Part shown: positions 54,862 through 64,000 of the stretch, piece by piece
Numbering within the stretch: position 1 is the first letter of the stretch
Layout: the number at the start of each line of letters is the position of its first letter
Origin: Bacteroidales bacterium
GTDB taxonomy: Bacteria > Bacteroidota > Bacteroidia > Bacteroidales > WCHB1-69
DNA: 64,000 nt
NCBI GenBank assembly: GCA_023229985.1
Contig: JALNYF010000002.1
Location: 3,537 to 67,536, forward strand
Reading direction: 5' to 3'
Notes under the pieces: generated by a model
Database searches by the model: none
Told to the model about the DNA's origin: nothing
Seen by the model: only the letters and a program-made list of their open reading frames with translations
Translations under genes and position numbers: made by a program

Positions 54862-55530
54862 CTAAAAATAAGATTGATTCACTTTTACCAAGTTTTCGAG
54901 CATGGGGACAAATTGAAATTGTCCGAAAGTCTCTTCTTTATATTCGGCATCGGAAATTTTGGTAATACGTTTCATATCCTGGATGTTATCTCCCACGGGT
55001 ATAATAAGGATTCCGCCGGTTTTAAGTTGTTGAAGGAGCGATGTAGGCACATTCGGAGCTCCGCAAGTAACGATAATTTTGTCGAATGGAGCCTGTTGCG
55101 GCAGCCCCAAAAAACCATCTCCGTAATGTTGTTTAACGTTTTCGATTTTCAGTTTATTGAGTAGTATACGTGTTTTCCGAAATAGTTCAATTTGTCGTTC
55201 AACGGTGAAAACTTTGGCACCCATGGCTGCCAAGATGGAGGCTTGAAAACCGGAACCGGTGCCAATTTCAAGGACTTTATCTCCGGTCTTGATTTGTAGA
55301 AGTTGAGATTGGAAGGCTACCGTTATAGGTTGGGAAATGGTCTGGTCGCATGCAATGGGCAGCGGCATGTTTTCGTATGCTTTTTGTTGCAGAAAATGAT
55401 CTTCGATGAACTGATGTCGCTCAATGACATCGAAAGCACGCAGAACGCCGGTATCTGTAATTCCGTTATCCGCGAGCCAACGAATCAAAGATTTTTTGGC
55501 ACCTTGGAATAAGTAATAGTTGTCTTCCAT
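54862..55530 (-). CDS. pcm: protein-L-isoaspartate O-methyltransferase
   Basis: 222 aa. SAM motif VLEIGTGSGFQASILA, and TISQPITVA, which is typical of Pcm. Confidence 0.88.
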   Translation of the reverse strand: MEDNYYLFQGAKKSLIRWLADNGITDTGVLRAFDVIERHQFIEDHFLQQKAYENMPLPIACDQTISQPITVAFQSQLLQIKTGDKVLEIGTGSGFQASILAAMGAKVFTVERQIELFRKTRILLNKLKIENVKQHYGDGFLGLPQQAPFDKIIVTCGAPNVPTSLLQQLKTGGILIIPVGDNIQDMKRITKISDAEYKEETFGQFQFVPMLENLVKVNQSYF

Positions 55531-55773
55531 TTATTCCGCCAAGACAAGAACTTTATTATGAAGGACTTCAACAACACCACCGCGAATATCAAAGAATTGT
55601 TCTTGTTCGTGAGTATCTTTCAATTTCACTTTTCCTTTTTGGAGTGCCGAAATCAAAGGTGCGTGATTCTCAAGTATTTCAAAAAGACCGTCAATTCCGG
55701 GAAGTTGAATAAGCGTGGCTTCTCCTTTAAATAGTTCCTTATCCGGCGTAATAATTTCAATGTTCATAACCAA
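55531..55773 (-). CDS. atpC: F0F1 ATP synthase subunit epsilon
   Basis: 80 aa, N-terminal beta-sandwich only. Directly downstream of atpD. Confidence 0.85.
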   Translation of the reverse strand: MVMNIEIITPDKELFKGEATLIQLPGIDGLFEILENHAPLISALQKGKVKLKDTHEQEQFFDIRGGVVEVLHNKVLVLAE

Positions 55774-55775
55774 GA

Positions 55776-57299
<1,524 letters not shown>

Positions 57300-57340
57300 T
57301 TATGTTTCTAAGATTAATTTTCCGTTTAAATTTGAGCGTG

Positions 57341-57348
57341 CAAATTTA
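57341..57348 (-). promoter_or_regulatory. candidate -7 box (TAAATTTG on the minus strand) for atpDC
   Basis: The plus strand reads CAAATTTA, followed on the minus strand by CACGCT. 60 nt upstream of the atpD ATG. Confidence 0.55.
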
Positions 57349-57433
57349 CATGATTTTTTTGATGGAACAAACCTTTTGAAATATTTTTTTCAATGAATTT
57401 TACCCAATTTTTCGAAGTAAAAAGTAGTAATTT

Positions 57434-59032
<1,599 letters not shown>

Positions 59033-59110
59033 TTAGCTACAATTCATTTATCCGCTTGTTAATCATTTTCGTAAGTCGGCGAGATTTGTAATGGGGTTCC
59101 CGTCCAAGAG

Positions 59111-59136
59111 AAAAAAAAAGACTTGCAAGCAAGTCT
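59111..59136 (-). terminator. rho-independent terminator after the response regulator gene
   Basis: Palindrome AGACTTGC AA GCAAGTCT (59119-59136). On the minus strand it is followed by a T9 run (plus-strand A-run 59111-59119). Confidence 0.8.
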
Positions 59137-59156
59137 TTCAAAATATTGTTCTAAAA

Positions 59157-59939
59157 TTAATCTTCTTTTACTCTAAAGATGAAGCCTGTTCCGTGAATAT
59201 TGCAGATTTCGACCGCTGGTTCAAATCCTTCTACATATCTTCCTTTTCGTCCGCCATCGGGGTTAATGTATTTGGCATCAACAGGATCTAAATTGATATA
59301 TGAACGCAATTTGGTTAAGAATACATCCATGCTTCTGCCGGCAGCATAATCATCATTACCCCATATTTGTCTTAAAATCAGGTCGCGGGGGAGTAATTTG
59401 TTTTTATTTTCGCATAATAAACGCAATAATTCGGCTTCTTTTCTGGTTAATGAGCGAGTTTTGGTGGGGTGAATCAATTCCATCGAGCTAAAATCAAACG
59501 TATAATTCCCAAAATGATAAACTTCCGTGGTGGATTTGATTGTGGGTTTTAATTTTTTTGATTTTTTTGTTCTTCGCAGAATGGCTTCAATACGCAAAAC
59601 TAATTCTTCTGTGCTAAACGGTTTCGTAATATAGTCGTCACAGCCCATCCGAAATGCCTTGATTTTGTCTTCTTTGTCATTTCGTGCAGTCAGGAAAATT
59701 ACAGGGACGTCTTCGTCAATCTCACGAATTGCGGTCAATAATTCATAACCGTTTTTATTTTGCATTATGATGTCAAAAATGCAAATGTCATATTTGAATT
59801 TTTCAAAAGAATGGAAAGCGGTTTCACCATCACTGAAATCATCAACGCTATATTTGAGTGCTTCCAAATAATCTTTTAAAACGTGTCTTAAATTCTGGTT
59901 GTCTTCAACCATCATTATTTTACCTTTATTCTCTTTCAT
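59157..59939 (-). CDS. OmpR/PhoB-type response regulator (receiver plus winged-helix domains)
   Basis: 260 aa. Receiver (MMVEDN, phospho-acceptor context ICIFDIIM, TARND, KPF) and wHTH (LTRKEAELLRLL...VFLTKLRSYI). An insert of about 25 aa sits before the final strand. Confidence 0.85.
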   Translation of the reverse strand: MKENKGKIMMVEDNQNLRHVLKDYLEALKYSVDDFSDGETAFHSFEKFKYDICIFDIIMQNKNGYELLTAIREIDEDVPVIFLTARNDKEDKIKAFRMGCDDYITKPFSTEELVLRIEAILRRTKKSKKLKPTIKSTTEVYHFGNYTFDFSSMELIHPTKTRSLTRKEAELLRLLCENKNKLLPRDLILRQIWGNDDYAAGRSMDVFLTKLRSYINLDPVDAKYINPDGGRKGRYVEGFEPAVEICNIHGTGFIFRVKED

Positions 59940-60207
59940 AATTATCTGATTATGTGTAAATTAATGTATTCATATTTTGATTATCTATTTAAACTATTAT
60001 TTTTTTAAAAAATCTTGCTAATACTTATCACTTTTTAGTATAAAAATTACCCAAAACTGAAAGGATTACTGCATAACGTTCTTTAAACAATAATATTGTA
60101 TAAAAGTTCAATGTTTTATTTCTTTTGTTAATCTATCCGTCAGCAGCTGTCGTTTGAATCTATTAATATAAAATGAAACAATGGACACCGTTTTATTGGT
60201 TGCAGTT

Positions 60208-61428
60208 TTATTCATATCGTAAAGCATTGATAGGGTCGAGTTTAGCTGCTTTTTTGGCGGGATACCAACCGAAAAAGACACCCGTTGCCGCGCATACTAT
60301 AAATGAAACGATGATAGCAGTCTGACTGACAACAAAAGTCCATTCTAAGACGGTTGAGACTGCAAAAGCGATGGCAATTCCTAAAATAATGCCTATAACA
60401 CCACCAATTAGACTTAAAATTACACTTTCTGATAGAAATTGGTACAAAACGTCTCTGCTTTTAGCTCCAATCGCCATTCTTAGTCCGATTTCTTTTGTTC
60501 TTTCGGTGACGGTAACGTACATAATATTCATGATACCGATGCCGCCGACAATGAGCGATATGGAAGCGATGGCGGACAGAAGTATTGTGAGTACCTGTGT
60601 GATGGAACTCATAGTGGTAAGCAATTCTTCTTGTGTTCTAATTTCAAAATCGTCTTCCGCTTCCGGTTGGATAGCGTGGTTCTCCCTCAAAATATAGGTA
60701 ATTTCCGTGGCTGCCAGTTCGGAACTTTCTTCGTTGATAGCAGAGGCAAACAGCATATTGAAGTAGTCGATTCCCAAGAATCTTTTTTGAACGGTCGTGT
60801 ATGGCAGCAAAATAATGTCGTCTTGGTCTTGTCCCATTTGATTCTGCCCTTTTGATTCCAACACTCCGATAATTTTTATCGGAATGGCACCGCACCGGAT
60901 GGTTTTGCCGACAGGGTTGTCCCCCTCTTCAAATAGGTTATCCACAATGGTTTTGCCCACAACGCATACTTTGGCGTATCGTTTCACTTGTTCGTCATTA
61001 AATACAACGCCTTGAGAGAGTTTGTATTTGCGAATGTCCAAGTAAGAGGGGGCAACGCCTTGCAAATTGCCCGGGTGATTCTTTGACCCAAAAACCAATT
61101 GTGCCGCGCTGTTGACCGATGGGGAGATCTGTGCAACGTATTTAGACTTTTTTTCTAATGATTTTAAGTCTTTTAAATCCAATGATTTAGCGGTGCTGTT
61201 TCCCATGTTAACGCCCTCGCGCATTTGATTTGTCGGCAGAATCATAATCATGTTGGACCCCAACGATGATAGTTGGTCGCGTACGCCTAAGGTCGAACTT
61301 TGACCCAAACTAACCATTACAATCACGGAGGTAATGCCGATGATAATTCCAAGCATGGTCAAAAATGCCCTTCCTTTGTTTCGCAGAAGTGCTTTAATGG
61401 CTATTTTGACTAAATTGAAGAGATTCAT
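60208..61428 (-). CDS. ABC transporter permease, MacB/FtsX family
   Basis: 406 aa. N-terminal TM helix, a large periplasmic domain, and a C-terminal FtsX-like 3-TM bundle (KEIGLRMAIGA). Confidence 0.85.
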   Translation of the reverse strand: MNLFNLVKIAIKALLRNKGRAFLTMLGIIIGITSVIVMVSLGQSSTLGVRDQLSSLGSNMIMILPTNQMREGVNMGNSTAKSLDLKDLKSLEKKSKYVAQISPSVNSAAQLVFGSKNHPGNLQGVAPSYLDIRKYKLSQGVVFNDEQVKRYAKVCVVGKTIVDNLFEEGDNPVGKTIRCGAIPIKIIGVLESKGQNQMGQDQDDIILLPYTTVQKRFLGIDYFNMLFASAINEESSELAATEITYILRENHAIQPEAEDDFEIRTQEELLTTMSSITQVLTILLSAIASISLIVGGIGIMNIMYVTVTERTKEIGLRMAIGAKSRDVLYQFLSESVILSLIGGVIGIILGIAIAFAVSTVLEWTFVVSQTAIIVSFIVCAATGVFFGWYPAKKAAKLDPINALRYE

Positions 61429-62180
61429 ATTATCGTGTTTGTTGTGCTTTTTTCGTATTCCATAAGTGCGTTTTGTGCAGATTGTTGCCTAATGGGTTGG
61501 TCTAAAATGATATGTCCGTCCCGCAATTTGATCGTGCGGGTGGTAAACAAGGCAATATCCTGTTCGTGCGTGACAAAAGCAATGGTTTTCCCTTGATTGT
61601 GAAGATCTTGGAAAACGGTCATTATTTCGTAGGAGGTTTTGGTGTCCAGATTCCCGGTAGCTTCATCTGCCAAAATGATTAACGGATGATTGACTAATGC
61701 GCGGGCAATAGCAACCCGTTGCTGCTGCCCGCCCGAAAGCTGGTTGGGGGCATGGTGCATGCGGTCGGTCAGCTTCACCGCTTCCAAGGCAGCAATGGCA
61801 CGCTCTTTTCGCTCTTTGGCTGATACTTCGGAATTATAAAGCAACGGTAATTGCACGTTTTCTAATGCCGATGTCCGTGCCAATAAATTGTAATTTTGAA
61901 AAACAAAGCCAATTTGTCGATTCCGAATCGTTGATAATTGATTGCGACTTAAATTATTAACTGAAGTTCCGTTGATGAAATACTCTCCGCTGGTGGGTTT
62001 GTCCAAGCAACCCAAGATATTGAGCAGGGTGGACTTGCCTGAGCCGCTGGTGCCCATAATGCTGACAAATTCTCCTTCCGAAATGCTAAACGAGATATTG
62101 TTCAATGCCTTGACAATTTCATTGCCAACGGTAAATTGTCTGGTCAAATTCTCTATCCGAATGATCTCTTTGCGCTCCAT
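61425..62180 (-). CDS. ABC transporter ATP-binding protein (MacB/LolD type)
   Basis: 251 aa. Walker A GTSGSGKST, signature LSGGQQQR, Walker B ILADEATGNLD. 4-nt overlap with the permease gene. Confidence 0.92.
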   Translation of the reverse strand: MERKEIIRIENLTRQFTVGNEIVKALNNISFSISEGEFVSIMGTSGSGKSTLLNILGCLDKPTSGEYFINGTSVNNLSRNQLSTIRNRQIGFVFQNYNLLARTSALENVQLPLLYNSEVSAKERKERAIAALEAVKLTDRMHHAPNQLSGGQQQRVAIARALVNHPLIILADEATGNLDTKTSYEIMTVFQDLHNQGKTIAFVTHEQDIALFTTRTIKLRDGHIILDQPIRQQSAQNALMEYEKSTTNTII

Positions 62181-62182
62181 AC

Positions 62183-63409
62183 TTATCGTTTTTTTTGTCC
62201 CGGCGGTTGTGGCATAAATGAGCTGCGTTCATCGTCTTTTCCGTTTCTAAATCCCAACTGCGCTTCCGAAATGACCACTTCCTCGCCCGCTTTGATACCA
62301 CTTACTATCAGTGTGTTTGCTCCGTCATCAATGCCAACCGTGACCAATCTTTCTTCAAATTGATTGCCTTTTTTTATCCACACGGTTTTCTTGTTGATCT
62401 CTTTCAAACTATTGGTAAGTTCTTCTTCATTCTTAAAAAGATTTTGGAAAGTGGAACCTTTTTCGGTCATTATTTTTTGAGTTATCGGATTTAATGTAAA
62501 AAAGAGTGCCTCCGTGGGAACGACTACGCCGGCTTGTTTTTCAATGATGATATTGACACTTGCGGTCATGCCGGGGAATAATTTTTCATCGGGGTTGGGT
62601 GCGTCAATGATGACGGTATAAGTGACCACGTTGGATGTGACAACCGGCTCTAAACGAACTTGTTTGACGGTTCCTCTAAATACGTTATGGGGAAAAGCGT
62701 CCACGGTAAAAGTAACATTTTGTCCCATGCGAATTTGTCCGATGTCGGCTTCATCCACTTTGGCCTCTACCTGCATCTGTTTCAGATTGTTGGCGATGGT
62801 AAAGAGGGTCGGTGTGTTAAACGAGGCTGCTACGGTTTGCCCTTGTTCCACCGCTTTGTTTAAAACAATGCCGGCAATGGGCGAATAAACTTTGCTGTAA
62901 GATAAATTCACTTGCGCGCGCTGTAAATCGGATTTTGCCGTAAGTACTTGATTCTTAGCTTGTATATATTGATTCGTTGCCTCTTCGTATGAAGTTTGCG
63001 TGGCTGCTTTATTCTCATACAAGGCTTTGATTCTGTCGTAGCTTTGTTTTGCCAAAGTTAGATTGCTTTCCGCATTGGAAAGTGTGGCAGTAGCCTGATT
63101 GACTTGTTCTTGCAGCGTAGAGCGGTCTAATTCTGCCAACAAATCTCCTTTTTCTACTTTGGAATTAAAATCAACATACAACTTCTCCACGATTCCTGAA
63201 ACTTGCGTTCCTACCTCCACCTTATAAACCGGTTGTATCTCGCCCGTTGCCGTGACGATGATTTCAAGACTGTCCATTTTGGCAACTTCGGCAGTCAGGG
63301 TTACTTCTTCAAATTTCTTTTTCCCTATGATAATCCACACCGCAATTGCCAAGACCAATACGGCAGCTATGCTGCCCCAAATAATTCTTTTTATCTTTTT
63401 TGATTTCAT
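62183..63409 (-). CDS. efflux periplasmic adaptor (MacA/HlyD membrane-fusion family)
   Basis: 408 aa. N-terminal anchor helix, a coiled-coil hairpin (LQEQVNQATATL...LQRAQVNL) and lipoyl/beta-barrel segments. Confidence 0.85.
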   Translation of the reverse strand: MKSKKIKRIIWGSIAAVLVLAIAVWIIIGKKKFEEVTLTAEVAKMDSLEIIVTATGEIQPVYKVEVGTQVSGIVEKLYVDFNSKVEKGDLLAELDRSTLQEQVNQATATLSNAESNLTLAKQSYDRIKALYENKAATQTSYEEATNQYIQAKNQVLTAKSDLQRAQVNLSYSKVYSPIAGIVLNKAVEQGQTVAASFNTPTLFTIANNLKQMQVEAKVDEADIGQIRMGQNVTFTVDAFPHNVFRGTVKQVRLEPVVTSNVVTYTVIIDAPNPDEKLFPGMTASVNIIIEKQAGVVVPTEALFFTLNPITQKIMTEKGSTFQNLFKNEEELTNSLKEINKKTVWIKKGNQFEERLVTVGIDDGANTLIVSGIKAGEEVVISEAQLGFRNGKDDERSSFMPQPPGQKKR

Positions 63410-63420
63410 AAACAGTTGAT

Positions 63421-64000
63421 TTATAATTCAATATCTCTCCCCATATAAACTTCCAAACTCTTTTTTTGTAACAAAAAACTGTATTTATTTTGCATATAAT
63501 TGTTCAGTGCATTTAGATAATTGCTCTGTTGTTGCAACAAATCGGCAGCCGTGATGGTGCCATACTGAAACTTCTGACAATAAGTTACATAATTAATCTG
63601 ATAGGCTTTTTGTTGAATATCCGAAACGGTGTATTGATTAAACGCTTTTTTCATACTCAAATAATACTCTTCAATCTCTTTTTGAAGGTTCAGTTCGGTT
63701 TGTTTTAATGAAAGTTCTGCCTGACTAACATATAATTGTTTCATTCTTACACTGTTGCGAGTATTGTTTTGTCGATAAATGGGTATGTTAAGATTCAAAC
63801 CGATGCTTTCTCCCAAATTGTCCAATAAATTACTGCCGCTGTTTCCGTGTGCCTTGCTATATATATTATTGTATCCGGTGTTGATGCCGGCGTCCAACGA
63901 AAGGGTGGGGTAGTATGCGGATTTTGCTATTTTTACGTCATAATTTGCTATTTCTACCAAATTATTTTTCATTTTTAATTCCGGCAGGTACGCCATGGCT
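63421..64000 (-). CDS. TolC-family outer membrane efflux protein, C-terminal part; the gene runs off the right edge
   Basis: The frame is open to the window end. It has the TolC-type second repeat (PTLSLDAGINTGY..., long coiled helices, ...LLQKKSLEVYMG). First gene of the tolC-macA-macB array. Confidence 0.75.
   Translation of the reverse strand, partial: AMAYLPELKMKNNLVEIANYDVKIAKSAYYPTLSLDAGINTGYNNIYSKAHGNSGSNLLDNLGESIGLNLNIPIYRQNNTRNSVRMKQLYVSQAELSLKQTELNLQKEIEEYYLSMKKAFNQYTVSDIQQKAYQINYVTYCQKFQYGTITAADLLQQQSNYLNALNNYMQNKYSFLLQKKSLEVYMGRDIEL

Noticed and set aside
54841-55164. Antisense or overlapping track ORFs of 60-140 aa. Examples: 54841-55164 (+), 57783-58154 (+), 42803-43189 (+), 24028-24459 (-), 6161-6562 (-), 24929-25129 (-), 59091-59291 (+)
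   Set aside because: They lie opposite or inside strongly supported genes, or over terminators. They have low-complexity or reverse-codon-bias composition and no recognisable motifs, so I treat them as shadow ORFs.

Overview
This window looks like a gene-dense chromosomal segment from a Bacteroidota genome, probably Bacteroidales-like. The evidence for that assignment:
- TAnnTTTG -7 promoter boxes and no Shine-Dalgarno sequences.
- A T9SS C-terminal sorting domain and a GldH candidate.
- The uppS-bamA-skp array, an atpDC pair standing alone, and a fused secDF.

I count about 56 protein-coding genes (two partial at the edges, one interrupted) and one tRNA-Pro(GGG). Several rho-independent terminators and promoter boxes are readable. 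Most of the content is core housekeeping: glycolysis (gap, pgk), isoprenoid synthesis (ispH, uppS), envelope biogenesis (bamA, three skp/ompH, secDF, an LpxL-like acyltransferase), energy (atpDC, korAB), and amino-acid and nucleotide metabolism (rocD, hutI, kbl, guaB).

I found no CRISPR array, rRNA, transposase, integrase, phage genes or recognisable defence system, and I do not claim a novel system with confidence. The observations most worth a second look are:
1. A gene fusing an AmgK-like anomeric sugar kinase to a RapZ C-terminal domain. It sits in a cluster with a MurU-like nucleotidyltransferase, a WbpD-like acetyltransferase and a large uncharacterised protein with UDP-sugar-pyrophosphorylase-like motifs, and pgk is embedded in that cluster.
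2. An MFS transporter split by a single in-frame TGA inside a transmembrane helix.
3. A tight S8 protease / GWxTD protein / small phosphoglycosyl-transferase operon.
4. C-terminal extra domains on NhaD and on a large OmpA-family protein.
5. An AT-rich, gene-poor 1.1 kb stretch next to the tRNA. It holds a Cys-rich mini-lipoprotein and several perfect inverted repeats.

All functional calls come from reading motifs by eye in the supplied translations. No database search was run.
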